A stretch of 64,000 nt of DNA from an uncultured Planctomycetaceae bacterium (GTDB lineage Bacteria; Planctomycetota; Planctomycetia; Planctomycetales; Planctomycetaceae): assembly GCA_963976765.1 (NCBI GenBank), contig CAXBME010000022.1:62001-126000 (forward strand), given 5' to 3'. This document shows positions 22,439-32,657 of the stretch, in pieces. The first letter of the stretch is position 1, and every line of letters starts with the position of its first letter. The position numbers were made by a program, and so were the translations under genes. Below the pieces are notes generated by a model that made no database searches, was not told the DNA's origin, and saw nothing but the letters and a program-made list of their open reading frames with translations.

Positions 22439-22948
22439 GAGAGGGGTTTCCGACTGAAAACGGTGGATGGTTGATCTTGAAAAACAACGATCGACGGGGC
22501 CAATTATTATGTCAAACCGGCCAGTTCCGGATCGTTGCGTAAGCGGCAGGTGCCTCAAAGAAACGGCGGAGTCTTGACAGAACGTGAAAGAGTGGGATAT
22601 CGGTTCCCGTCTCCAGGCCAATTCTCCGCAAACTCGAATCGCGGATTTTAGCCGGGGGCCGGATCGACACAAGGCCATCCCCAGACAGGGATTTGCGTCG
22701 ACCGAAGACCTGCTGAATCGGGCAGAGAATGGTTCAACCGGTCAAAGTGATCCCGCCTGTTGTGCGTCTCACTCGGTCGCGAAATCCGCGACAATCGCCG
22801 TAGAGTTTTAGAATTCTCTCGAATTCGTCGAAGTTGTTTCCCGAAGTCTCACGTCTATCAGCATTGATGCGGGTTTACCCGGGACGCGAATCAGAAATTA
22901 CAGTCACACCCGTGACTACTGACAGCTAAAAGTGGAAGGATCGCTTTC

Positions 22949-25630
22949 GTGGCGAAGTCCAAGTCGAAGTACAAAGCTCTGGTCATCGTCGAATCTCCGG
23001 CGAAGGCGAGAAAAATCAGCGGATACCTCGGCGATGGCTACAAAGTCCTCGCCAGCATGGGGCACGTCCGAGACCTGCCCAGCGGTGCTGCCGAGATTCC
23101 AAAAGCGGTGAAAAGCGAGCCGTGGTCAAGAATCGGTATCAACGTCGACAGCGAATTCGAACCGCTCTACATCATCCCTAAGGGGAAGAAGAAGGTCGTC
23201 GACGAGCTGAAGGCCGCCTTAAAACAGTCAGACGAACTCATTCTCGCGACCGACGAAGACCGCGAAGGTGAAAGCATCGGCTGGCATCTGGTCGAGCTGC
23301 TCAAGCCGACCGTCCCGACCAGCCGGATGGTCTTTGGCGAAATCACGAAGAAGGCGATTCTCGAAGCCCTCGACCAGAAGCGGGAACTCGACAGGAACCT
23401 CGTCGAAGCTCAGGAAACACGCCGCGTCCTCGATCGACTGTTCGGATATACACTTAGCCCGCTGTTATGGAAAAAGGTTGCTCCGAAACTTTCGGCCGGT
23501 CGCGTGCAGTCGGTGGCGGTGAAGGTTCTCGTCGAGCGGGAAAAAGAACGCGCTCGATTCGTCAGCGCTGAATACTGGGATCTGAAAGCGGGACTGGAAA
23601 CAGGCTCGGGCGGCAATTTTGACGCGACGCTGCACACGGTTGACGGGAAACGAGTCGCCAGTGGTCGTGATTTCGACGAGAACACCGGCAAGCTCAAAGA
23701 CGGTGCCGACGTCGTGCTGCTCAACGGCGAGCAGGCCATGGCCCTGCGCGACCGTATCGAGAAAACTGACTGGTCCGTTGCGTCCGTCGAATCCCGCGAA
23801 CAGACGCGCCGACCGTACCCGCCATTTACGACCAGCACGCTTCAGCAGGAGTCGAACCGCAAGCTGAACATGACAGCTCGCGCAACGATGCAGACAGCTC
23901 AGCGGCTGTACGAAGAAGGCCACATTACTTATATGCGAACCGACAGTGTCACGCTGTCGAGTGAAGCGATTAACGCCGCACGAACCAGCGTCAACGCCCG
24001 GTACGGCGAAAACTTTCTCAGCCCGTCGCCACGCACATTCACGAATAAGTCAAAAGGTGCGCAGGAGGCTCACGAAGCCATCCGTCCTGCCGGCACCGAA
24101 ATGCAAACCGCCGAAGAACTGGGGCTGGTTGGCCAGGAAGCTCGCCTCTATTCGCTCATCTGGAAGAGAACAATGGCCACTCAAATGGCCGACGCGAAAC
24201 TACTCTTTCAGACGGTAACCATCGCCGCTGACGAAGCTGAGTTCCGAGCCACCGGTCGACACGTCGTCTTTCCCGGTTTCTTCCGAGCCTACGTTGAAGG
24301 CGTCGACGATCCGGAAGCCGCTCTCGATGACCAGGAAAGCGCGCTGCCGCCGCTGTCGGAAGCCGAGAAACTACAGCTTGAAAAACTGGAATCACTCAGC
24401 CACGAAACTAAACCACCGGCACGGTTCACTGAAGCCACGCTGGTTCGGCAGCTCGAAGCCGAGGGCATCGGTCGACCGAGTACCTACGCCAGTATCATCG
24501 GCACGATCCAGGACCGCGGCTACGTCGTGAAACAGGGCAGCCAGCTTGTTCCAACATTCACCGCGATGGCCGTCACTCAATTGCTGGAGAGCCACTTCAC
24601 GCAGCTCGTCGACTATAAATTCACCGCGCAGATGGAACAGCAGCTCGACGAAGTCGCAGCCGGAGAAGCCGAGCGACTCCCTTATCTGCAACGTTTTTAC
24701 CGCGGCGACGACGGACTCGATCAACAGGTCAAATCCAAAGAGGAAGGCATTGACCCGCGCATCGCCTGCACATTAAATCTTGAGCATGTGACGCCTGACA
24801 TTCGAGTCGGCAAATTCGGCCCCTACGTGCAGGTCGAACAGGAAGATGGTGAGACAATCAGCGTGTCGCTGCCACCTGAGATTGCTCCGGCAGACGTGAC
24901 GGACGAGCTGACCACAAAACTCATCGTCCGAAAGAAAGCAGGACCTCAGTCAGTCGGCATGCACCCGGAAGAAGGGCAGCCGATTTACGTTAAGACCGGT
25001 CCGTTCGGAACGTATCTGCAACTCGGGGAAGATCCGAGCGACGACGACGCCCCCAAACCAAAACGTTGCAGCGTCCCCAAGCACATCGAACCGGAAGACG
25101 TTACGCTCGACATGGCAATCAGCTACCTGGCACTGCCGAGACGACTGGGTCAGCACCCGGACACAGGCAATGTCGTCAATGCCGGACTGGGACGCTTCGG
25201 TCCTTACGTGACCACTCGAAAGGACGGCCGACAGGTCTTTAAATCACTGACCCCCGAGTACGACGTACTGACGGTCGATCTGGGGACGGCAATCCAGCTG
25301 TTGGCCGAAGTCAAACCGCGAGGCCCGGCACCTCCCATCCGGGAACTCGGCAAACACCCGGAAGACGAAGAAATCATTGGCGTGTACGAGGGTCGCTACG
25401 GACCGTACGTCAAACACGGCAAAATCTTCGCGTCGCTGCCGAAGGATCTCGAAATCGAAGCCGTCACCCTGGAACGAGCCCTCGATCTGATCGCCATCAA
25501 AGCGGCTCAAAAGGGCGTCACCACGAAAAAGAAGAAGGCGACCAAAAAGAAAGCCACGAAGAAGAAGGCTGCTAAAAAGAAAAAGTCAGCCAAGAAGAAA
25601 ACTGTTAAAAAGAAGACTGATGACGAATAG
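22949..25630 (+). CDS. topA: DNA topoisomerase I (type IA)
   Basis: IVESPAKA, ATDEDREGE, SAGRVQS, ITYMRTDS, GIGRPSTY, C-terminal G[KRP][FY]GPY repeats and a Lys-rich tail. Confidence 0.98.
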   Translation: MAKSKSKYKALVIVESPAKARKISGYLGDGYKVLASMGHVRDLPSGAAEIPKAVKSEPWSRIGINVDSEFEPLYIIPKGKKKVVDELKAALKQSDELILATDEDREGESIGWHLVELLKPTVPTSRMVFGEITKKAILEALDQKRELDRNLVEAQETRRVLDRLFGYTLSPLLWKKVAPKLSAGRVQSVAVKVLVEREKERARFVSAEYWDLKAGLETGSGGNFDATLHTVDGKRVASGRDFDENTGKLKDGADVVLLNGEQAMALRDRIEKTDWSVASVESREQTRRPYPPFTTSTLQQESNRKLNMTARATMQTAQRLYEEGHITYMRTDSVTLSSEAINAARTSVNARYGENFLSPSPRTFTNKSKGAQEAHEAIRPAGTEMQTAEELGLVGQEARLYSLIWKRTMATQMADAKLLFQTVTIAADEAEFRATGRHVVFPGFFRAYVEGVDDPEAALDDQESALPPLSEAEKLQLEKLESLSHETKPPARFTEATLVRQLEAEGIGRPSTYASIIGTIQDRGYVVKQGSQLVPTFTAMAVTQLLESHFTQLVDYKFTAQMEQQLDEVAAGEAERLPYLQRFYRGDDGLDQQVKSKEEGIDPRIACTLNLEHVTPDIRVGKFGPYVQVEQEDGETISVSLPPEIAPADVTDELTTKLIVRKKAGPQSVGMHPEEGQPIYVKTGPFGTYLQLGEDPSDDDAPKPKRCSVPKHIEPEDVTLDMAISYLALPRRLGQHPDTGNVVNAGLGRFGPYVTTRKDGRQVFKSLTPEYDVLTVDLGTAIQLLAEVKPRGPAPPIRELGKHPEDEEIIGVYEGRYGPYVKHGKIFASLPKDLEIEAVTLERALDLIAIKAAQKGVTTKKKKATKKKATKKKAAKKKKSAKKKTVKKKTDDE

Positions 25631-25687
25631 CCCGATCGTTGGCGGATTCGCTCTCCGCTAACGACGGTATGAACCAAACGTGAATTC

Positions 25688-27226
25688 ATGGCCATTGGAA
25701 AAGTCTATCTCGTCGGCGGCGGCCCCGGTGATCCCGGTTTGATTTCGCTCCGCGGCGTTGAATGCCTCAAGCTCGCTGATGAAGTCCTCTACGACGGCCT
25801 CGTCAACCCGCTGCTGCTGCGCCACGCCAACGCTCATTGCGAACGTACCTGCCGAATGGACGGTCCCAATGGACGAATCCTCAAGCAGGACGAGATCAAT
25901 CAGCGACTGGTCGATTCCGCGCTGGCTGGAAAGACCGTCGTGCGGCTCAAAGGCGGAGACCCGTTCATCTTTGGGCGAGGTTCCGAAGAAGCAGCCTGCC
26001 TGCGTAAACACGGCATCGAGTACGAAATTGTGCCGGGCATTACTGCCGCAACGGCAGCAGGGGAATACGCGGGCTTTTCGCTGACACATCGCGAATCCGC
26101 ATCAATGGTCACCTTCGTCACTGGCCATGAAGCTCCCGGAAAAGACGGCAGCGCTCTGAACTACGCTCAGCTGGCCGCTTCGCCGGGGACGCTCGTCTTT
26201 TATATGGGGCTCGACAATCTGCCGCGCATCTCGCAATCGCTGCTCGACAACGGCAAACGAGCAGACACACCAACCGCCGTCATCAGTCGTGCCACAACTC
26301 CCCACCAGCGAACGGTCGTCGCGCCGCTCAATGAAATTTCCGCAGCCGTCAGCCAGGCTCAACTTCACGCGCCATCGCTGATCATCGTCGGAGACTGTGT
26401 CGCGCAACGGGACGAACTCAAGTGGTTCGAAGACAAGCCACTGTTCGGACAGAAGATTGGCATCACTCGCCCCGCGGGACAGGCCGAACCTCAGATTCAA
26501 CGAGCGTTCCAGCTCGGCGCCCAACCGGTTCTCATGCCTGCCATCAGAATCGCACAAATCGAAGACTGGTCAGAAGTCGACGCCGCTTTGCAACGTCTCG
26601 ACGAATTCGACTGGCTGATTTTCACAAGCGTCAACGGCGTCGAAGCATTCCTCGATCGACTCTGGGAGCAGGGCGGCGACGCTCGGCAAATCTCCGGATT
26701 GAAAATCGCCGCGATCGGAAGCTCCACCGCAGAGTCCCTCGCGAAGTATCACCTGCGAGCTGATCTGGTCCCCGATGAATTCCGTGCAGAAGCTCTCGCG
26801 AAGGTAATGGCTCCTCACGTCGCCGGGCAGAACGTTCTGTGGGCTCGCGCCAGCCGCGGTCGGGAAGTTCTCCCTCAGGAGCTGACAAAAGCCGGAGCGA
26901 CCGTTACAGAACTGGTCGTCTATCAGAACATCAATGCCGAGCGTTTCTCTGACGACGCTTTGATCGCGATGGAAAATCTGCAACTCAACTGGATCGGACT
27001 GAGCAGTCCATCCATCGCCAGACGTATCGCCGATCTGCTGCCCGAGTCTGCAAAAGATCAACTCGGCAAGACGCTCCGCATCGCGAGCATCAGCCCGGTC
27101 ACCAGCGCCGCCGCCAGAGATGCCGGGCTGCCCATCCACGCCGAAGCAACGGCCTACACCTGGGACGGCATCTTCGCAGCCATCGAGGCAGCACTGCCGA
27201 TCGAAAAGTCCGCAATCGCAAAGTGA
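25688..27226 (+). CDS. cobA: uroporphyrinogen-III C-methyltransferase / uroporphyrinogen-III synthase fusion (CobA-HemD)
   Basis: VYLVGGGPGDPGL and VVRLKGGDPFIFGRG.EE; then ITRP, IFTSVNGV, AIG..TA, VYQN (HemD). Confidence 0.95.
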   Translation: MAIGKVYLVGGGPGDPGLISLRGVECLKLADEVLYDGLVNPLLLRHANAHCERTCRMDGPNGRILKQDEINQRLVDSALAGKTVVRLKGGDPFIFGRGSEEAACLRKHGIEYEIVPGITAATAAGEYAGFSLTHRESASMVTFVTGHEAPGKDGSALNYAQLAASPGTLVFYMGLDNLPRISQSLLDNGKRADTPTAVISRATTPHQRTVVAPLNEISAAVSQAQLHAPSLIIVGDCVAQRDELKWFEDKPLFGQKIGITRPAGQAEPQIQRAFQLGAQPVLMPAIRIAQIEDWSEVDAALQRLDEFDWLIFTSVNGVEAFLDRLWEQGGDARQISGLKIAAIGSSTAESLAKYHLRADLVPDEFRAEALAKVMAPHVAGQNVLWARASRGREVLPQELTKAGATVTELVVYQNINAERFSDDALIAMENLQLNWIGLSSPSIARRIADLLPESAKDQLGKTLRIASISPVTSAAARDAGLPIHAEATAYTWDGIFAAIEAALPIEKSAIAK

Positions 27227-27270
27227 CTCACCAGGACCTCTCGAACTTCAAGGTTTCCGCCAGCAAAAAG

Positions 27271-27313
27271 AAAAACCCCGTCAGGTAATTAATACCTGAC
27301 GGGGCTTTGCTTT
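27271..27313. terminator. bidirectional intrinsic terminator
   Basis: 12-bp perfect stem ccccgtcaggta/tacctgacgggg, flanked by an A-run and a T-rich tail, between convergent genes. Confidence 0.85.
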
Positions 27314-27365
27314 GAGCTTACACGTTGCCTGTGTCAGGCAAATGTTAACTTTTAGCGGAAACGCA

Positions 27366-27848
27366 CTACGCCTTTGGCGCGGGTGCAGCTTCAACAGCCG
27401 GAGCTGGTGCTGGTGCTTTTTCTTCAGCTGGAGCAGCCGGTGCCGGAGCTTTTTCTTCGTATGGCGGTGGTGCTGGTGCGTCTTCAACCTTGCCGCCGCC
27501 AGCCGATGGGCTCAGCTCAGCCGCTGGAGCAGCCGGAGCGTGACCAGCTCCGCCGCTGCAAGTTACTGGAGCTGGTGTGCAGCACTTGTTGCCACCAAAT
27601 GACGGCAGCTGCAGCTTCGGCAATTTAAGCCCTGAGAAAAGCCCGCCACTGCTACAGCATTTCGGAGCTGAGTTGCAGCATGTTGGAGCTGGAGCACATT
27701 TTGGTGCCGGCGCTGCTTTGCAGCAGGTCGGGGCCGCATTGCAGCACGATTTGCTTGAACCTCCGAAGAACAGAAAACCGGCCTGAGCCTGGGTGCCGGA
27801 CAGCGCGAACGCCGCCATTGCCGCACAAACGATTGCAGTTTTTCGCAT
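27366..27848 (-). CDS. small secreted Cys-rich, Pro/Ala-rich protein
   Basis: GGGAGAG RBS; signal peptide MRKTAIV...AQA; 12 Cys in the mature part; APAP tail. Confidence 0.8.
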   Translation of the reverse strand: MRKTAIVCAAMAAFALSGTQAQAGFLFFGGSSKSCCNAAPTCCKAAPAPKCAPAPTCCNSAPKCCSSGGLFSGLKLPKLQLPSFGGNKCCTPAPVTCSGGAGHAPAAPAAELSPSAGGGKVEDAPAPPPYEEKAPAPAAPAEEKAPAPAPAVEAAPAPKA

Positions 27849-28393
27849 CACATCTCTCCCTGGATTGTCAGAGTCAGCGAATCCGAACAGTAGATTCGCA
27901 CACACAAAGTGTTTCGCAGCAACACTTAACGCAAACAATGCGTCTCGTGATTTCAGACTTGCCGAGCCGCCGCCAGTCAATGGCGCTGCATGGCTCCTGA
28001 AGATTCCGATTCTGACGGTCAAGCTGACTGCACAAACTAAGACGAATAAGGTATCTGCGTGAAATATGAAGTCAACTGTGCAGAGGGTTCTCGCCCGCTT
28101 GAGCTTGTGCCGGTCGACCACGAACATGCCCGACTCGCCGGACAGTCCACTCCTCCAGTACCGACTTGCCCGCAGGGCGAGATCGGCATTCGCAAACACT
28201 GCTGACAAGCCAGAGGGGTACTCGTACGGCACGTGGCAGAACTGTCGACTGACAACGTTTTCGAGTCAGAATCACAATTCGCAAAATCACATTTCAACAG
28301 AGTGGCCCGTCCGAACAGGGCTGGCTGCGGAGCGACCCGATGATTCACCTTCCGCTTTCTGCCATTAAAAAATCGACCAACGCTCATCGTGAA

Positions 28394-31021
28394 ATGATGA
28401 CGACGCATCGTGCGGATCCGGCATTCAACGACAGCCAGTCAGGCCACCTGGTCACATTGCTGCTCCTGTTGTTTCTGACTTTTTCCGGGCTGGCAACCGC
28501 CGCCGATGAACCGCTTCGAACAGCGGCTACCCGCCGGATCGATATCCGTCACATTCGACTGGAAATCGAACTCGACCTGCCGAAGAAACATTTGCGAGGC
28601 CGAGCGACGATCAACTTTTCACCGTTGCCGGCGTTCTATGAAGCGGCTCGCGAACCGGTCATCGAACTGGACGCTCACGCTCTGGACGTTTCTGTCGTCA
28701 GATTTTCCGGGGACAACACAAAAGCAACCGAGACCGATTTCGCCTTAACCGACGATAAGCTCCTGATCACGGCGCCGGAAAATGCAGTCAGGCAAGGCGG
28801 GCAGTACCAACTCGAAATTGACTATTCAGTCACCGAACCAATCAACGGTCTGCACTTCTTCGGGCCGACGAAGCAGGCTCCCAACATCCCGCTCATGGTC
28901 TGGAGTCAGGGCGAGCCTCAAGCCAATCACTACTGGTTTCCGTGCCTCGACAACTCGAACGAACGGCAATCCACCGAACTGGTCGTCAGCGTTCCGACCG
29001 GCATCGAGGTTCTGTCAAACGGAACTTTGCTTTCGCGGAAAAACCTGGCAACAGGACGAACCACGTTTCACTGGAAACAGGAAAAGGAACACGTTGCCTA
29101 TCTGGTCACGCTGGTCGCCGGTCGGTTCAGCATCACGTCAGAAGAGTGGCGGGGGAAACCCGTCACGTATTACGTCCCGAAGGACCGACAGGCCGACATT
29201 CAGCGAACGTTCGGCCGCACAAAACCGATGCTCGATTTCTTCAGCGAGCGATTTGGCATCGAGTACCCTTGGGACAAATACGCTCAGGTTGTCGTCGAGC
29301 AGTTCACGTTCGGCGGCATGGAGAACACCAGCGCGACGACGCTTTACCACCGCGCTTTGCACGACGAACGCGCCATCATCGACAGCACTCCGGACTGGCT
29401 GATCGCTCACGAACTGGCTCATCAGTGGTGGGGAGATCTCGTGACGTGCAAAGACTGGTCGCACCTGTGGCTTAACGAAGGTTTCGCCACGTACAGCGAA
29501 TCGCTGTGGGCTGAACACGCACTGGGTCGCGACGAACGGGACTGGCACATGCTCGAAGACAGCCGCGCTGCCAGGTCAGGTTCGACGCAGACTCGACCGA
29601 TCGTCGACCGACATTACCCCAATCCAGGTTCCATGTTCGACAACCGCGTCTACCCGAAAGGAGCGTGGGTTCTGCACATGCTCCGTTCGCGACTGGGCGA
29701 CGAAGACTTCTTCCGAGGTCTCCAGCGTTACGGCACGATCATGGCCTATCAAACTGCCGAAACTTCAGACCTTCGCAAAACCTTCGAACGATTGTACGGT
29801 CTGTCACTCGAACGCTTCTTCCACGACTGGACCGAACGACCAGGCAATCCGAAGTTGCTGGTCGAAACCGAATGGCAGCCTCAGTCGAAACGGCTCAAGG
29901 TCCATGTCCGGCAGACACAAAAGGAAGATGTCTTCGAAATCCCGATCCGCATCAACGTCCAGTTGAAGGGCAACGAGACATCCCAGCCAGCCATCAACCG
30001 GCTGATGAACGAACGAGAATTCACCGAATACGTCGCATTGTCGGACAACCCGGAATCGGTCGATGTTGACCCCGAGTTCGCACTGCTGGCGCTGATCGAG
30101 CAGAAGCAGTCATTGGCTCTTTGGGAAAGCCAACTCAAGAAACAAACGGTCGGCACCGTCCCGTCGCGAGTCCGGGCGACCGAGCACTTCGCCACCGTCC
30201 ACACGGACAAAAGTCGCCAGTTGCTCGCCGACGCGTTGGGCAACGACAGCTTCTATGGCGTCCGCACCGAAGCCGCAAAGGCACTCGGTAAGGTTAAAGG
30301 CGACATCGCTCGCGACGCGCTGCTGGCTGGCCTTTTACAGGACGATGCCAGAGTCCGCCGAGCCTGCGCGACGGCGCTGGAAAACTTTGAGCATGATGCC
30401 AACGTTCAAAATGCTTTGCGTAAGAAATACGTCGACGGCGACATCAGTTACTTCGTCGAGTCGTCCGTTCTGGAGTCTCTGTCGAAGGTACTCGATGAGC
30501 CGCCAGTTGACTTGCTGATCGCCGCACTCGACAAGCCATCGCATCGCGAGACGATTCGTCTGACAGCTTTGCAGCAGCTTGCCAAATCTTCAGATCCCAA
30601 AGTACAGGACGTGCTTTTCGACTGGACGAAACCCGGTAAACCGCCGCTCTGTCGTCCCGAAGCGTGTCGACAACTGGCAGAATACGCAAACCACACGCTG
30701 CTTCCGAAACCCGCTACCGATCGAATCGTCAAACATCTGCTCGACCTACTCGACACATCCGGGCCTCGTATGCGAGGCTCGATCGCCTCGGCACTTGGAA
30801 GCCTCGGCAACCGCGCCGCGGCAGCAAAGTCGCGTCTTCAGGAATTGACCAAAGCCGACCCCAACGACTGGACTCGAGGCAGTATCAAGGCCGCGCTCGA
30901 CCGAATTTCGGCCCCTGCATCAGACACCGCAGCGTTGACCCGACTGCAGAAAGAACTCGACGAATCCCGCAGCCACGCCCGCAGTCTTGAAGAACGCCTG
31001 AACCGGCTGGAAGCGGAGTAA
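28394..31021 (+). CDS. M1 family aminopeptidase with C-terminal HEAT repeats
   Basis: GGMEN and HELAHQWWG...WLNEGFA; signal-like N-terminus; HEAT repeats; coiled-coil tail. Confidence 0.93.
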   Translation: MMTTHRADPAFNDSQSGHLVTLLLLLFLTFSGLATAADEPLRTAATRRIDIRHIRLEIELDLPKKHLRGRATINFSPLPAFYEAAREPVIELDAHALDVSVVRFSGDNTKATETDFALTDDKLLITAPENAVRQGGQYQLEIDYSVTEPINGLHFFGPTKQAPNIPLMVWSQGEPQANHYWFPCLDNSNERQSTELVVSVPTGIEVLSNGTLLSRKNLATGRTTFHWKQEKEHVAYLVTLVAGRFSITSEEWRGKPVTYYVPKDRQADIQRTFGRTKPMLDFFSERFGIEYPWDKYAQVVVEQFTFGGMENTSATTLYHRALHDERAIIDSTPDWLIAHELAHQWWGDLVTCKDWSHLWLNEGFATYSESLWAEHALGRDERDWHMLEDSRAARSGSTQTRPIVDRHYPNPGSMFDNRVYPKGAWVLHMLRSRLGDEDFFRGLQRYGTIMAYQTAETSDLRKTFERLYGLSLERFFHDWTERPGNPKLLVETEWQPQSKRLKVHVRQTQKEDVFEIPIRINVQLKGNETSQPAINRLMNEREFTEYVALSDNPESVDVDPEFALLALIEQKQSLALWESQLKKQTVGTVPSRVRATEHFATVHTDKSRQLLADALGNDSFYGVRTEAAKALGKVKGDIARDALLAGLLQDDARVRRACATALENFEHDANVQNALRKKYVDGDISYFVESSVLESLSKVLDEPPVDLLIAALDKPSHRETIRLTALQQLAKSSDPKVQDVLFDWTKPGKPPLCRPEACRQLAEYANHTLLPKPATDRIVKHLLDLLDTSGPRMRGSIASALGSLGNRAAAAKSRLQELTKADPNDWTRGSIKAALDRISAPASDTAALTRLQKELDESRSHARSLEERLNRLEAE

Positions 31022-31045
31022 GAAAGAACATCCGCGGCTCATGAA

Positions 31046-31063
31046 GGGTGGGCACCGCCCTAC
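31046..31063. repeat. single degenerate family-A REP-like palindrome
   Basis: gggtgggcaccgccctac. The minus-strand GTAG overlaps the TAG stop of the hydrolase gene. Confidence 0.6.
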
Positions 31064-31743
31064 AATTCAACCGACTGTCCTGGTTCAAGGATGACTGGTT
31101 CCGTGGATGTTTCGGCGCGGACGCTCTTTGCCCAGGCGTCGACGTCCTGGTCGATCAACGGCCAGGTTCCGAAATGGTCAGGGATGACGCGCTTTGGTTC
31201 GATCAGCTTGACGGCTCGCAGCGCGTCTTCGGGACCCATCGTGAAGTTATCGCCGATCGGTAAAATCGCCACGTCGATGCCTTCTTCGCCGATCAGTTTC
31301 ATATCGTAAAACAGACCTGTGTCGCAGGCGTGGTAGATCGTTCCGTCTTTCGTCTTCAGCAGAATGCCACACGGATTGCCGCCGTTTGAGCCGTCCGGCA
31401 AGGACGAACCGTGATGAGCGATCGTCAGTTTCACCGTTCCGAAATCATGCTTGTGAGATCCGCCGATATGCTGAGCATGTACGTTCCCGACTCCCTGCTT
31501 CGTCAGCCACTCGACGATTTCATGATTGGCCACAACCAGGCACCCGGTCCGTTTGGCGATTTCGACCGCATCACCAACGTGATCTCCATGACCGTGTGAA
31601 ATGATCAGAGCGTCGGGCGACACATCCCTGGCCGTCGTAGTGGCTGCCGGGTTGCCTGTGAAAAACGGATCGATGATGACCGTCCTGCCGCCAGTTTCGA
31701 TCGAAAATGTTCCGTGTCCCAGCCAGGTGATCGTGGTGCTCAT
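31060..31743 (-). CDS. metallo-beta-lactamase-fold metal-dependent hydrolase (UPF0173-like)
   Basis: ITWLGHG, IIDPF, SHGHGDH, AHHGS, DTGLF, LPIGDNFTMGP. Confidence 0.92.
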   Translation of the reverse strand: MSTTITWLGHGTFSIETGGRTVIIDPFFTGNPAATTTARDVSPDALIISHGHGDHVGDAVEIAKRTGCLVVANHEIVEWLTKQGVGNVHAQHIGGSHKHDFGTVKLTIAHHGSSLPDGSNGGNPCGILLKTKDGTIYHACDTGLFYDMKLIGEEGIDVAILPIGDNFTMGPEDALRAVKLIEPKRVIPDHFGTWPLIDQDVDAWAKSVRAETSTEPVILEPGQSVEL

Positions 31744-31836
31744 CGTAAAACTCATAAATGCAGAATTGTGACAGACGGCAATGATTGAAGAGCGATAGTT
31801 TGCCGAAGTGGAGACATGCGTGCGAGCGTGGTCACG

Positions 31837-32619
31837 CTAATCGGGAACGATCGCCACGGCGCGGCACCAGGCGGCGCTGGCCGCTTTGATCTTGACCGGC
31901 AGACATGACACCATGAAACCGTGCGGCTGAGGAATCTGGTCCAGGTTTGCCAGCTTCTCAATCTGGCAGTACTCACTGGTGATCCCCGCGAAGTGCGCCG
32001 GCCAGATGTGACGCCCGTCGCCGGACTTTCTGAAGTCTCCGACCATGTCAGCAAACGGTCGGTCGAGAGTGTAAGCATCAATGCCGATCACCTTAATGCC
32101 CTGATCGACCAGCCACAAAACTCCGTCACGACCAAGCCCTGGCTGACGAAAGTATTCCTTCGAATGAATCCTTTTGTCCGCTCCGGTTTGAAGCAGAACA
32201 ATGTCGCCAGGCTTCAGCGAGTATTCGATCTGTACGAGGATTTCTCGAAGATGGTCGACCGTGATTTCCGATCCTGGCTCAACGTGGCGAACGTCCATGA
32301 CCACACCGGGTGCGAAACACCATTCCAGCGGCACTTCGTCGATTCTCTTTGCAGGCTGGCCGCCGGATTCCCTTCCGTAATGGTATGGAGCATCCACATG
32401 AGTGCCCGTGTGAGTAATCATGCGGACTTCTTCGATCGCCCAGCCTTCGCCATTCGACCAGACAAGATCGTCGGGCGTCACGCCAAAGAACTGCTCCATC
32501 TGAGCGCGCCCTTCGGCCTGATGATCAACGTAGTGGATCGTGCCAGGCAACGGTTCGCTGACGGCGTTATTTTCAAGTGGCACACTGAGATCAATCAGTC
32601 GACTGTTCGGAAACATCAT
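31837..32619 (-). CDS. cyclase family protein (kynurenine formamidase/isatin hydrolase-like)
   Basis: LIDLS, HTGTHVDAPYH, IGID, IEKLANL. Confidence 0.9.
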   Translation of the reverse strand: MMFPNSRLIDLSVPLENNAVSEPLPGTIHYVDHQAEGRAQMEQFFGVTPDDLVWSNGEGWAIEEVRMITHTGTHVDAPYHYGRESGGQPAKRIDEVPLEWCFAPGVVMDVRHVEPGSEITVDHLREILVQIEYSLKPGDIVLLQTGADKRIHSKEYFRQPGLGRDGVLWLVDQGIKVIGIDAYTLDRPFADMVGDFRKSGDGRHIWPAHFAGITSEYCQIEKLANLDQIPQPHGFMVSCLPVKIKAASAAWCRAVAIVPD

Positions 32620-32657
32620 TCGCTCTTACAGGATATAGTCAGAAGGAAATGCCGAAG

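Noticed and set aside
25500..25630. A-rich, KKKA-repeat tail of topA
   Set aside because: A known basic C-terminal tail of type IA topoisomerases in several phyla.
27849..28232. 128-aa N-terminal extension of the Cys-rich protein
   Set aside because: The RBS and signal peptide point to ATG 27848. The upstream part looks non-coding.
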